This document shows, in pieces, positions 29,595 to 40,086 of a stretch of 64,000 bases of DNA. A program made the position numbers and the translations under genes. How positions within the stretch are numbered: position 1 is the first letter of the stretch; every line of letters begins with the position of its first letter. The notes under the pieces were generated by a model. The model did not search any database, was not told where the DNA came from, and saw only the letters and a list, made by a program, of their open reading frames with translations. Origin of the DNA: Sedimentisphaerales bacterium (GTDB taxonomy: Bacteria; Planctomycetota; Phycisphaerae; Sedimentisphaerales; SM23-30); assembly GCA_963666285.1 (NCBI GenBank), contig OY762711.1. One strand, written 5' to 3'.

Positions 29595-32500
29595 ATGAGG
29601 AATGTGATATTTTGTGTGTTAGTTGTATTGTTATGGGTGTCAACAATTGCTCTTGGTGTGGGCGGTGTTATGCCGGGCAGTGGAACGGAAGGTGATCCGT
29701 ATCTGATCGAGGACCTGGCAGATTTTGATGTGTTTGCGGATGAAGCTAATGCCGGGACATATTGGGCTGAGGGAGTGTATACTAAGCTGATGTGTGATAT
29801 AGACTTGTCGGGTCGAACATACGATCGGGCGGTGATTGCGTCTGATACTGATGATACGAATAATTTGTTTCAGGGTATAACTTATAAAGGCAGCTTTGAT
29901 GGTAATAATTGTCTAATTAATAATTTAAAAGTCAGCGGTGCAGAATATTGCGGTTTGTTTGGTCTTAATCAAGGTATAGTAAAGGATCTTGGCGTAACAA
30001 ATACAAGAATTATGTACAACATCCATTTTGCTGGAGCGATAGCAGGTTGGAATGCAGGAGATATCAGCAATTGTTTTTCTACTGGTGAAATTACAGGAAC
30101 AGGAGGAGTAATTGGAGGTTTAGCTGGTAATAATTATGGTACAATAGTTTGTTCTTATTCAACTTGTTCTATTAACAGCTTAACGGAAGACACTGATACA
30201 TTTTCTGTTGGTGGATTAGTGGGGCAGAATGGTCATGGTGAAATTTTAGAAAGTTATTCATCAGGAATTGTTTGTGGGACAGGTTTTGTAGGTGGGCTAG
30301 TTGGGAATAATGGGATTAATGGATTAGTAGAAAACTGTTATTCAGACTGTTATGTCAATTGCTTTGGAAGCTACGCAGGTGGACTTGTTGGAAGCAATGG
30401 ATCTGCATTAATAAGAAAGAGCTACTCGGCTGGTATTATTTGTGGGGCAGGTGAAGGTATTGGTGGTCTTTCTGGTACAAATTACGAAGGTACTATAGAG
30501 AATTGCTATTCGATTGCTTCGGTTAACGGTGGAGGAAGTGTTGGAGGTTTGGTTGGAGGGAACAGTAAAGGAACTGTTACTAACTGTTATGCAACAGGAA
30601 CAGTTATTAGTACAAATGAACAGTTTGGCGGCCTTGTCGGATATAATGGATATCATTTATATCTTGATTCCATAGGTTTAATTGAAAATGGATATTACTT
30701 TCGTTATAGCGGGGAAAGCAATGAGTATGGTATTTGTTTAAATAGTACACAAGTGCAGGATAAGAGTAGTTTTGCCGGATTCGATTTTGAAGATGATGGT
30801 TCAGATGGAACTGATGATATTTGGGCAATTGAAGATGGTTATATGCCAAGACTTTCATGGCAAAAAGATCAGGGTTTTAGGCCACCTCATACCGTTGTTC
30901 TCACATCTTTAATTGGAAGTGGGACAGAGAGTGACCCATACATTATTGCCAATTTTGATGATTTAATGGAATTTAGGTCTAATAGTTCTTTACGGACAGG
31001 ATATTTTAGTTTAGTAGATGATATAGACTTAAATAATTTGAGCTTTTCACATTCTTTTATACCTGAAGTTTTTTATGGGCGTTTTTTCGGTAATGGACAT
31101 AAAATAAATAATTTTACAATTGAGGGGCAAAGCAACCTTGGCTTTTTTAGTGGTTTGTACGGTTCCGTTTATGAATTGGTATTAGATGATGCCTCAATAT
31201 CAGGAAATGGTGATAATGTTGGCGGATTTACAGGATGCAAAATTTCAGGTAGTATAGTAAATTGTTCGTTTAGCGGCTCAGTTAACAGCCTTGGAGCATC
31301 AGTGGGAGGTTTAGCCGGCGAACAAAGATCAGGATATATATATAATTGTATCTCTATTGGAACAGTTTCAGCATTAGATAATGCAGGAGGTTTGGTTGGG
31401 AATAATGAAAGTTATATTCAGACATCATATTCTGTAAGTTCAGTTGATTGTACAGGTGTAAATTCGGGAGGGCTGGTAGGTAATAGTAAAGAGAGTGATA
31501 TAACGAACTGTTATTATTATATCTATTGTGGCGCGTATTTAGATTTTGGCACATCTTTGGATGATGAAGAGTTGGAAAATAAGGACAGTTTTTATGGGTT
31601 TAGCTTTTTAGAAGATGGCGGAAGCGGAGATTGGACGATTAGTGATGGCTATATGCCCAGGTTATTCTATCAGTCGAGTCCTGGTTTTAAAGCTCCACGT
31701 GTTTTAGACGATATTAATACAACACTTACCGGTAAAGGGGAGGCACAAGACCCGTTTATAATTTCTGATTATAATGACCTGATGGAATTCCGAAATAATA
31801 CAGCCCTTCGTATAGGGCATTATCGTTTGGAGTCAGATATAGACCTGTCTGGAAATGTTTATACGAATTCTATTGTTACCGAAAATTTTTATGGACATTT
31901 TAATGGAAATGGGAAAACTATCGATAATCTGGTGATAGAAGGCGTTAGTAATCTTGGGCTATTTAGTTCATTGTTTGGTTCTGTTAAAATGTTAGCTTTA
32001 GAAAATGTTTCTATTATTAGTTCGGGAAACAATGTTGGAGGTTTAGCTGGAAATAACTATGGTGATATTTCAAGTTGTTATTGCACCGGTTCTGTAAGCG
32101 GCGAAGGTGATCAGATTGGTTGTCTGGTCGGGAGTAACATTTCAGGAACTATTTCAAATAGCTATTCTGTTGGGACAGTAATTGGTGGGGATTATGCTGG
32201 TGGTTTTTGTGGAAATAATAACAGTATTATAAGTAACTGTTATGCTATCGGAGAGGTTCAAGGAGTTGGTGCAGTTGGTGGTTTCTGTGGTGCCAATGTT
32301 AACGGAGAAATAAATAGTTGTTTCTGGAATAGTGATGTAAGTGGTTTGGATAATAGTTACGGTGGAGAAGGACTGCCAACTTCAGAAATGAAAAAACAAA
32401 GTACTTATACAGATAGTGGATGGGATTTCGTAAGTGAGTCAATAAATGGCGGCGATGATATATGGATAATGGGAGATTATCCAAAATTGTATAATTTGAT

Positions 32501-34679
32501 TAATGAAAGTAATATTGTTTATTTACCTGATCTAAGAGGTATGACCGAAAGCGAAGCAAGTGCAGCATTAGCTTCTAGCGGTTTGGTGCTTAGTGTTATT
32601 TCATATGAGCATAATGCAATTTATCCAACAGGAAAAGTGGCATATCAAAATATTCCTGAAGGATTGGTTTCATTAAGTGCTTATGATGTAAGTGTTGTTG
32701 TTTCTCTTGGGCCTTTGCTTGACGGCAATGGAATAAAAGAAAATCCGTATCGTATAAATAACTTTTCAGATTTTGAGGCTTTTTGCTCTGAATCAGATTA
32801 CTGGGCAGATGGAGTTTATGTCAAACTAATGGCAGACATTGATCTTGATCCGGCATTGCCGGGCAGGGAGGTATATTCGCAAGCCCCTATCGCAGGTGGC
32901 CCATTTGAAGTAAATGGCGGTCTATTATTATATGGAATACCTTATTTGGGCCACTTTGATGGTAACGGTCATGTCATAAGAAATTTAACATTGACGACCG
33001 GTCAGATTTGTGGCGGATTATTTGGTTATGCAGATTCTGGGAGCAGTATTTCCAATTTGGGGGTTGAGGATGTTTCCATTATCTGCCGAAACACTTATGC
33101 CGGAGGGCTGGCTGCGGTAAGTCATGCAGTTGTTACAAACTGCTATACAACAGGGACTGTGAGCGGGTTATCTGTTACCGGCGGCCTGATAGGTGAGCAT
33201 GGTTTATTGGATAGGTACAATTATGACAATACTTTGAATAATCCTGGAAAAGTCATAAACAGTTATTCTATATGTTCAGTAAGTGGTGACAGTTTTACAG
33301 GCGGCCTGGTCGGAGTGAACAGGATACCTGTTATCAGGAGCTATTCTACAGGTGATGTGTCGGGAGAGCAGGTCGTTGGCGGATTAGTCGGCTGTAATAC
33401 GGATGGCTTCATAGAGAATTGCTATTCATTAAGTAATGTCAGCAGTACAGGAAGCGATCCAAGTGGCTTTGGTGGTTTGGTTGGATTAACTTCAGGTATT
33501 CATATTGGCGAGTATGTTAATTTTTACATACACGGTAAAGTGGCAAACAGTTTTTCAGCGGGAAGAATTTCTGCTGATGGTGCCGAAAAAGTTGGCGGGC
33601 TGATAGGAGATGATTATACCGGTTTAATAGAAAACTGTTTTTGGGATGTTGATGTTTCCGGTCAGGTTACCAGCGACGGCGGATACGGCGTTTCAACTTC
33701 ATTAATGAAGGAAATATCCACTTTCAAGACAATGGGTTGGGATTTCAGTTTTACCGATGGCGACTTAGCAGTCTGGCATATGCCGGAGGATAGTTATCCG
33801 ATACTTTCCGGTAGAAAACCGGACCTGAATGATGATTTGATTGTTAGTATGGAAGACTTTGCCATCTTTTCTGGGAATTGGCTGAATACAGGTTTTGAGC
33901 CGACAAACAGCTATGAGTCAGATTATGATTTTTCCGGTATGGTAGATATTGCAGATTTAGAAATTTTCGTTAGTTACTGGCTGGAACAATTTGAAGTATC
34001 GCTACCATTGAATTTAGTGTCGTACTTTAAGCTTGATGAGCTTGACGGAGATGTTGCGGTTGATTCCAGCAGTTGTGGTATCGATGGGGTAGTTGCCGGT
34101 GAGCCGGTTCGGGGTGCAGGACAAAATGGCGGCAGTTATGTGTTTGACGGTGCGGTTGATTATGTCCAGGTTGAAGGATTTAACGGGATTGGCGGCAGTG
34201 CTGCGCGGACGGTCGCGGCGTGGATAAAAGCTGATGAGGATCTGGCCAATAGTGAGAATAAAATTCATGCGATAGTGTCGTGGGGCAAGGCGGAGGCCGG
34301 TAAGAAGTGGGCATTTATATTGGATGCAGCTAGCGGACAGTTGGCGTTGGCTACCTATGGCGGAAAGGTTATAGGCGGGGCGGACCTGGAAGATGGATTG
34401 TGGCACCATGTGGCAGTTGTGTTGCCTGCGGGAGCAGATAATCTTAACCAGGTTAAGATGTATGTGGATGGGGCGGAGATAGGTACCAATGCGGCAAGCC
34501 TGGATGCTGAGATTAATACTGCAATGACGGAGGATGTGTTGATAGGTGCGATGGATACGGATGCGGCGGGTGGTGTGCAGAGCCCGGCATTTTTATTTAA
34601 GGGGGCAATGGATGAGGTTAGGATATACAATACGGACTTGTTAGCGGGAGAGATAGCTGAACTGAAGGATGAGGAATGA
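29595..34679 (+). CDS. Large secreted GLUG-repeat protein with PASTA, dockerin-like and LamG domains
   Basis: Signal peptide; four G.G...DPY.I modules with many VGGLVG.N repeats; LPDLRGMTESEA (PASTA); DLNDD..V..EDF....NWL pair; C-terminal WHHVAV..MYVDG..FKG.MDEVRIY. Confidence 0.88.
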   Translation: MRNVIFCVLVVLLWVSTIALGVGGVMPGSGTEGDPYLIEDLADFDVFADEANAGTYWAEGVYTKLMCDIDLSGRTYDRAVIASDTDDTNNLFQGITYKGSFDGNNCLINNLKVSGAEYCGLFGLNQGIVKDLGVTNTRIMYNIHFAGAIAGWNAGDISNCFSTGEITGTGGVIGGLAGNNYGTIVCSYSTCSINSLTEDTDTFSVGGLVGQNGHGEILESYSSGIVCGTGFVGGLVGNNGINGLVENCYSDCYVNCFGSYAGGLVGSNGSALIRKSYSAGIICGAGEGIGGLSGTNYEGTIENCYSIASVNGGGSVGGLVGGNSKGTVTNCYATGTVISTNEQFGGLVGYNGYHLYLDSIGLIENGYYFRYSGESNEYGICLNSTQVQDKSSFAGFDFEDDGSDGTDDIWAIEDGYMPRLSWQKDQGFRPPHTVVLTSLIGSGTESDPYIIANFDDLMEFRSNSSLRTGYFSLVDDIDLNNLSFSHSFIPEVFYGRFFGNGHKINNFTIEGQSNLGFFSGLYGSVYELVLDDASISGNGDNVGGFTGCKISGSIVNCSFSGSVNSLGASVGGLAGEQRSGYIYNCISIGTVSALDNAGGLVGNNESYIQTSYSVSSVDCTGVNSGGLVGNSKESDITNCYYYIYCGAYLDFGTSLDDEELENKDSFYGFSFLEDGGSGDWTISDGYMPRLFYQSSPGFKAPRVLDDINTTLTGKGEAQDPFIISDYNDLMEFRNNTALRIGHYRLESDIDLSGNVYTNSIVTENFYGHFNGNGKTIDNLVIEGVSNLGLFSSLFGSVKMLALENVSIISSGNNVGGLAGNNYGDISSCYCTGSVSGEGDQIGCLVGSNISGTISNSYSVGTVIGGDYAGGFCGNNNSIISNCYAIGEVQGVGAVGGFCGANVNGEINSCFWNSDVSGLDNSYGGEGLPTSEMKKQSTYTDSGWDFVSESINGGDDIWIMGDYPKLYNLINESNIVYLPDLRGMTESEASAALASSGLVLSVISYEHNAIYPTGKVAYQNIPEGLVSLSAYDVSVVVSLGPLLDGNGIKENPYRINNFSDFEAFCSESDYWADGVYVKLMADIDLDPALPGREVYSQAPIAGGPFEVNGGLLLYGIPYLGHFDGNGHVIRNLTLTTGQICGGLFGYADSGSSISNLGVEDVSIICRNTYAGGLAAVSHAVVTNCYTTGTVSGLSVTGGLIGEHGLLDRYNYDNTLNNPGKVINSYSICSVSGDSFTGGLVGVNRIPVIRSYSTGDVSGEQVVGGLVGCNTDGFIENCYSLSNVSSTGSDPSGFGGLVGLTSGIHIGEYVNFYIHGKVANSFSAGRISADGAEKVGGLIGDDYTGLIENCFWDVDVSGQVTSDGGYGVSTSLMKEISTFKTMGWDFSFTDGDLAVWHMPEDSYPILSGRKPDLNDDLIVSMEDFAIFSGNWLNTGFEPTNSYESDYDFSGMVDIADLEIFVSYWLEQFEVSLPLNLVSYFKLDELDGDVAVDSSSCGIDGVVAGEPVRGAGQNGGSYVFDGAVDYVQVEGFNGIGGSAARTVAAWIKADEDLANSENKIHAIVSWGKAEAGKKWAFILDAASGQLALATYGGKVIGGADLEDGLWHHVAVVLPAGADNLNQVKMYVDGAEIGTNAASLDAEINTAMTEDVLIGAMDTDAAGGVQSPAFLFKGAMDEVRIYNTDLLAGEIAELKDEE

Positions 34680-34812
34680 AAAACAGCCGTAAGCCGCGGC
34701 CTTGTATTATATCGCCTGCGGCGAGAAAGATAGAGCTACGGACTACGGAGTTTCCCGATGGATCGGGAGTTCGCTTTGCTTAGTGCCGTGTTTTATGTTT
34801 CATATAAAAACT

Positions 34813-34886
34813 AAAGTGCTGCGGAAGGCCCATTGAGGCGATTTGCCAGAAGGCACTTTGTAATTGCAACTAAAAAACTACGAAAG
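34813..34886 (+). repeat. Dispersed ~70-bp repeat, family B, copy 2
   Basis: Aligns with 14746..14818. Confidence 0.85.
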
Positions 34887-34904
34887 AAAATTTGGAGTAT
34901 TGTC

Positions 34905-37349
34905 ATGCGTTATTCATTCAGGTTATACAGGATACTTATTTCGAGTTCATTACAGGCAATTGCATTTGCCGCTATTGTCTTGAGTATGCAGGTGCCGGTT
35001 TTGGCTGAAAGTTCCGAATTGAGTTCGTTTCAATCAGCCGTTCCTGTATGGCCTGAAGGTCGCGAGAAGGAGATGAACCTTTTTGTCGGATTTACTGCTG
35101 TCTTTGAGAAGCCTGAGAAGCCTGCAGAAATACATGTTGCGGCATCAACTCATTATAAAATATATTTAAACGGAGAGTTTTTGGGAGAAGGGCCCGCGCG
35201 GGGAGCGCATGGGTATTTCAGGTTGGACAGATGGCCGCTGTCTGAAAACTGTGTGAAGGCACAAAATATCGTTGCAATTGAGGTTGCAGGTTATAATGTC
35301 AATAGTTTCTATCTATTGGACCAGCCTTCATTTTTGCAGGCTGAGATAGTCAGTGGTAATAATGTAATTGCGGCAACCGGAACTGAAAATGATTTTAAGG
35401 CAAGGATACTGGACTATCATTTGCAAAAGGTGCAGCGTTACAGTTTCCAAAGGCCCTTTATTGAATACTATCAGCTAAAAACTGATTCGCTGGATTGGAA
35501 AGTCGGCGGGCCGGATTTAATGCAGCCGGTTAAATGCTCAGCGCAGCCGTCTGTAAATCTGCTGACACGCCGGGTTGGATACCCGGAATTCAACGTGATA
35601 CGACCCAATATGCAGGCTGCTGCAGGGGAATTCAGGCAGAACATGCCGGTAGAAAAGCTATGGAAGGACAGGTCGCTGGTAAATATCGGGACAAAGCTTA
35701 AGGGCTATATAGAGAGTCAGCTGGAAGTTGTTCCCTCGAACGAACTGCAGAAGGTACAAACAACTGACATTAGAACGGCATCAGTAAAATATAATGACGG
35801 ATCGACGGAGCTTTGCAAAGGAGAATTCAGTATCTATGATTTAGCAACTAATCTCACCGGTTTTCCGGGGCTTAATATTGAATGCGAAGAGAGTGTCAGA
35901 GTTTACCTGACCTTCGATGAGATTTTACAGAATAATGATGTTAATTTCCGAAGGCTTGGCTGTGTGAACGCTATCGGTCTTGAGCTTGAGCCGGGCAGCT
36001 ACAGATTTGAAAGTTTCGAACCGTATACCATGCGATATTTGAAGGTGATGGTGATGAGCGGTAAGTGCCGGGTTAGTAATATTTATCTGCGTGAGCTGGC
36101 GAATGATGAGGCTGATATTGCCGCCTTTGACTGTGAAGATAAAGACCTGGTAAAAATATTTGAAGCAGCTCGCCAGACGTTTCGCCAGAATGCAACAGAT
36201 CTGTTTATGGACTGTCCTTCACGGGAGCGTGCCGGCTGGCTATGTGACAGTTACTTTACTGCAAGGGTAGCGTTAGACCTTACCGGTAATACCAGTATCG
36301 AAACAAATATGTTCGAGAACTACCAGCTGCCGGAGAGCTTTGCCCATATTCCTGATGGTATGCTGCCGATGTGCTATCCATCGGATCATAATGACGGGGT
36401 ATTTATTCCTAATTGGGCAATGTGGTTTGTTGTCCAGCTTAAGGAATATTATCAGCGGAGCGATGACCGTCAAATGGTGGATGAGCTTAGGGTTCGCATT
36501 ATGGCACTGCTGAAATATTTTGAACAATTTGAAAATGAATCCGGGCTTTTGGAAAAGCTGCCGGGCTGGGTGTTTGTTGAATGGTCTGCCGCGAATTCTT
36601 TTGTGCAGGATGTGAATTATCCATCGAATATGTTGTATGCGGCGGTACTTGATGTGGTCGGGGAGCTGTACGGTCAACCTGAGATAAGTGCCAAGGCTGC
36701 ACGTGTACGCCGTACTATACTGGAGCAGTCTTATGATGGAGAGTTCTTTATTGATAACGCTGTTCGCAAAGACGGTAAGCTGGAGGTTACAGGCAACAAG
36801 ACCGAGGTATGCCAGTATTTTGCCATGTATTTTGGTTTGGTCAGCCCTGAATCACACCCTGAACTATGGCAGAAGCTAAACGATGAATTTGGTCCGGGCC
36901 GCAAAGAGAACAATCGATATCCGAAAGTACATATGGCCAATGCTTTTGTGGGGAACTATCTGCGGCTTGAGCTGCTCAGCCGCTACGGTAATATTACGCA
37001 GTTAAAAGATGAGCTTGCAGGTTATTTCCTGTATATGGCCGATCAGACAGGTACCCTTTGGGAAAATATCGATGCGTATGCAAGCTGCAACCATGGCTTT
37101 GCCAGTCATGTTGCCCATTGTATTTATCGTGACATCCTGGGGGTAAGTATTGACAGGCACGATAAAATAATCAGCCTGACTCTTCGGGACCTGGATATGA
37201 GATACTGCAGCGGTTCTATACCAGTGGAAGAAGGGATGGTAAAGGTTAAATGGACACATATGAATGGGCAGGTGAAAGTTGAATCGGATATCCCTGAGGG
37301 TTATAAACTCACAGTTATTAACCTGACAGATAGTGTTGCAGTAAAATAA
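34905..37349 (+). CDS. Alpha-L-rhamnosidase-like glycoside hydrolase (GH78-type)
   Basis: MDCPSRERAGWLCD, FVEWS, GTLWE...SCNHGF; signal peptide after ATG 34905. Confidence 0.85.
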   Translation: MRYSFRLYRILISSSLQAIAFAAIVLSMQVPVLAESSELSSFQSAVPVWPEGREKEMNLFVGFTAVFEKPEKPAEIHVAASTHYKIYLNGEFLGEGPARGAHGYFRLDRWPLSENCVKAQNIVAIEVAGYNVNSFYLLDQPSFLQAEIVSGNNVIAATGTENDFKARILDYHLQKVQRYSFQRPFIEYYQLKTDSLDWKVGGPDLMQPVKCSAQPSVNLLTRRVGYPEFNVIRPNMQAAAGEFRQNMPVEKLWKDRSLVNIGTKLKGYIESQLEVVPSNELQKVQTTDIRTASVKYNDGSTELCKGEFSIYDLATNLTGFPGLNIECEESVRVYLTFDEILQNNDVNFRRLGCVNAIGLELEPGSYRFESFEPYTMRYLKVMVMSGKCRVSNIYLRELANDEADIAAFDCEDKDLVKIFEAARQTFRQNATDLFMDCPSRERAGWLCDSYFTARVALDLTGNTSIETNMFENYQLPESFAHIPDGMLPMCYPSDHNDGVFIPNWAMWFVVQLKEYYQRSDDRQMVDELRVRIMALLKYFEQFENESGLLEKLPGWVFVEWSAANSFVQDVNYPSNMLYAAVLDVVGELYGQPEISAKAARVRRTILEQSYDGEFFIDNAVRKDGKLEVTGNKTEVCQYFAMYFGLVSPESHPELWQKLNDEFGPGRKENNRYPKVHMANAFVGNYLRLELLSRYGNITQLKDELAGYFLYMADQTGTLWENIDAYASCNHGFASHVAHCIYRDILGVSIDRHDKIISLTLRDLDMRYCSGSIPVEEGMVKVKWTHMNGQVKVESDIPEGYKLTVINLTDSVAVK

Positions 37350-37481
37350 GCAGGATGGATAGGGTAATGTCTTAAAGAGCCTGACGGCAGAGAGTTTAAC
37401 GAACTGACTTAGCGGTCAAGTGAGCAATATAAGAAAGGTATTAGGGGCTAGGTATTAGAGAAGGAAACGCTGCAACCTAAA

Positions 37482-37618
37482 AAGAGTAAAGTGTAAAATA
37501 AAAAATGTACAGGACCTTGTTTTAAAAGCTGACGCATGTGTCGGCTCCTTTTATAATCGTTACAGATAATATAAGTTGAGATGGCACATAAAAACAAGAA
37601 AATGATGGATAGTAGTAT
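37482..37618 (+). repeat. Dispersed repeat, family D, copy 1
   Basis: AAGAGTAAAGTGTAAAATA...GGACC..GTTTTA.AAGCTGACGCAT..GTCGGCT.CT.TTATAATCGTT...CACATAAAAA.AAGAA.ATGAT shared with 44341..44528. Confidence 0.85.
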
Positions 37619-37729
37619 TGATAAGAAAATGTGCCGCTGCTTGACGATGATTTAACGGCTTGGCAGCAGATCGCAAAGGATATTATTTGACCATGAAGGG
37701 AGTTGTGTTTGAAGGTTTGCTTTAAATGG

Positions 37730-37765
37730 AAAAGGCCCGGCACATGAGTTATATGCCAGGCCTTT
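37730..37765 (-). terminator. Intrinsic terminator after the GH2 gene
   Basis: AAAGGCCCGGCA/TGCCAGGCCTTT stem. Confidence 0.55.
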
Positions 37766-37800
37766 GTTGATGATAGGTATGCCGCACAGTGACCGGCGGA

Positions 37801-39657
37801 TTATTTATAAACGGCGGAGTGTAGTGCTTTCATTTTTTCGGGGTCGTACTTGATGACTTTCCGGTCGTAGGTCATAAGTCCGTTGATCTCGCCTTCGACG
37901 TCGGTGGTCTGGGTATATACGGCACCGGATAGTCCGTGTTTCTTCATTTCGATAATCTGGACAAATTTATTGGTGTAATCCTGGAAGAGTTTGTCCCTGG
38001 AGTCAGATTCCTGGTAGCCCCAGTTTTTCTTATCGTTTACGGTCCATAGATGGCCCTTGACGGCGTATCCTATGCCTCCGTATTCACCGACAACAGAAGC
38101 CCGGTCGTCAAAGTATTCCGGCTCATGTACCTTGGTATCGTAAGTATGGATATCGTATATATCTCCGCAAGGTCGGAGCGTCCAGCCGCTGACGGCATTG
38201 ACCAGCCTGGTGGGGTCGTAGGTCTTGACGGTGTCGGCGATGCGGAATGTGTCGTACTGGCCCCATCCTTCGTTGAATGGTACCCAAACCACAATTGACG
38301 GATGGTTGTAATGCAGGTCGATCATCCTGCGTAGTTCCCATTCATACTGGGCAGAAGTTTCTGAGCGTTTCTGCTGGTCCGGGTCTTTATGCCAGATTTG
38401 CTGTGGGTAATCCGGTTCGATATCGGCGAACCTGTCAGCGGTTTTGGGAACGACCTGCATGCCTGAGGGCATATCCTGCCAGACGAGTATTCCGAGTTTA
38501 TCGCACCAGTAGTACCAGCGGGCCGGTTCGACCTTTATATGTTTGCGTATCATATTGTAGCCCATCTGCTTGGTGATTTCGATATCATATTTCATGGCCT
38601 CGTCAGACGGGGGAGTGTGCAGTCCGTCGGGCCACCATCCCTGGTCGAGAGTGCCGTTGTGGAACAGCGGTTTGTTGTTGAGGCACATTATCTTGCCGCT
38701 GTCGCCGTCTTCGAGGCTGATCTTTCTCATGCCGAAATAGCTGGATATTTCTTCGATGACCATGTTATTGTTGTCCTGGTCGATGAGTTTCAGTTTGAGG
38801 TCGTAGAGGAAAGGTCTGCCCGGAGACCAGTAATTTGGTTTGGCAATGTTCAAGCGGATCGGCCGGTCGCCCCTGGCGGTATTAGAAACGATTTTTCTGC
38901 CTTTGTCCAGTACGGTGGCTTCGACCGTGTAATTTTTGACAAAGGTTTCCTTGAGCATCGGGCATACAGTAACAATCTGTGAAGTGATGTCAGTAGAGAT
39001 TTTTACTTCCTTGATATAGGTCGGTTTGGGAACGGCTTCCATCCATACGGTCTGCCATATGCCGCTGACCGGAGTGTACCATATACCTCGCTGCGGGCTC
39101 TGCTGTTTGCCGCGTGCCTGTGGACCGAAAGATGACGGGTCAGTTACGGCGACGACGATATCGTTTTTGCCGGCGTCTTTCAGGTATGCGGTGATATCGA
39201 AGCTGAACCGGTCGTAACCGCCTTTATGTGCGCCGACGTAGGCATCGTTGACCCAGACGGCAGCTTCCCAGTCGACCGCTTCGAAGTTCAGGATAACATC
39301 TTTGTCTGACCATTCCGCAGGTATGGTAAAGGTTCGATGGTACCATAGCCGATCTTCGGGCTTGAGCATTTTTTTGACACCTGACAATGCCGACTCGATA
39401 CAGAACGGCACGAGTATTTCGCCCTCGTATTTTTTTGGGGCAGGAGATGTCCGGCTTAGTACGGCATAGTCCCATAGCCCGTTCAGGTTCTGCCAGTTGT
39501 CCCTTACCAGCTGCGGGCGGGGATATTCCTGCCAGACATTGTCCGGGTCGAGGTTTTCGCCCCATTCGGTCATGATCGGGTTGTCAGCGGGTTGCCAGTC
39601 GGCTATTGCCGAGACAGAGATCCATGCGATTAATAATACCAATAATTTTTTCAACAT
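37801..39657 (-). CDS. GH2-family glycoside hydrolase (beta-galactosidase/glucuronidase-like)
   Basis: EYPRPQLVR..WQNLNGLW, FEAVDW, GTLDQGWWPDG, RKHIKVEP, WVPFNEGWGQ, GEYGG, YTQTTDVEGEINGL. Confidence 0.93.
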   Translation of the reverse strand: MLKKLLVLLIAWISVSAIADWQPADNPIMTEWGENLDPDNVWQEYPRPQLVRDNWQNLNGLWDYAVLSRTSPAPKKYEGEILVPFCIESALSGVKKMLKPEDRLWYHRTFTIPAEWSDKDVILNFEAVDWEAAVWVNDAYVGAHKGGYDRFSFDITAYLKDAGKNDIVVAVTDPSSFGPQARGKQQSPQRGIWYTPVSGIWQTVWMEAVPKPTYIKEVKISTDITSQIVTVCPMLKETFVKNYTVEATVLDKGRKIVSNTARGDRPIRLNIAKPNYWSPGRPFLYDLKLKLIDQDNNNMVIEEISSYFGMRKISLEDGDSGKIMCLNNKPLFHNGTLDQGWWPDGLHTPPSDEAMKYDIEITKQMGYNMIRKHIKVEPARWYYWCDKLGILVWQDMPSGMQVVPKTADRFADIEPDYPQQIWHKDPDQQKRSETSAQYEWELRRMIDLHYNHPSIVVWVPFNEGWGQYDTFRIADTVKTYDPTRLVNAVSGWTLRPCGDIYDIHTYDTKVHEPEYFDDRASVVGEYGGIGYAVKGHLWTVNDKKNWGYQESDSRDKLFQDYTNKFVQIIEMKKHGLSGAVYTQTTDVEGEINGLMTYDRKVIKYDPEKMKALHSAVYK

Positions 39658-39750
39658 ATTTAGTCTCCAATAAAATAATACTTTTTAGCTCTAATATGAT
39701 AATCGCAAACTGGTGATAAGTTAAGTGAAAAAGTAAGAAGGAAGAAGCGA

Positions 39751-39939
39751 GAAGAGAGTAAATCAGATTTTATTCATAAGTTTAGTATTGCTCAAAAGGA
39801 AGCAAGGGAGAGTCTTTATTGGCTAAGGTTGCTATATGCATCTGATATTTTGCCAAAAGAAAAATTGAAGCCATTGATTGATGAGACCAATGAAATCGTA
39901 TCGATAATAACAAGAATAATTGTCAATACAAAAAAATAA
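39751..39939 (+). pseudogene. 5'-truncated four-helix-bundle (IVS/bAvd-like) protein gene
   Basis: Manual translation ESKSDFIHKFSIAQKEARESLYWLRLLYASDILPKEKLKPLIDETNEIVSIITRIIVNTKK*, paralogous to 52400..52717; no start codon, fused to heptamer repeats. Confidence 0.85.
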
Positions 39940-40086
39940 CAATGAAAAATAGAATATATCTGTTGCGGCTTCGGCTGACTTTATCAGACATACTCGCCAT
40001 AAATCAATATTCCTGTATTTTCTTTTTCGTCGGCCTCGTCCTCACATCGACATGAGGAACACAAAATATTAAAGAGTTCTAAAATA

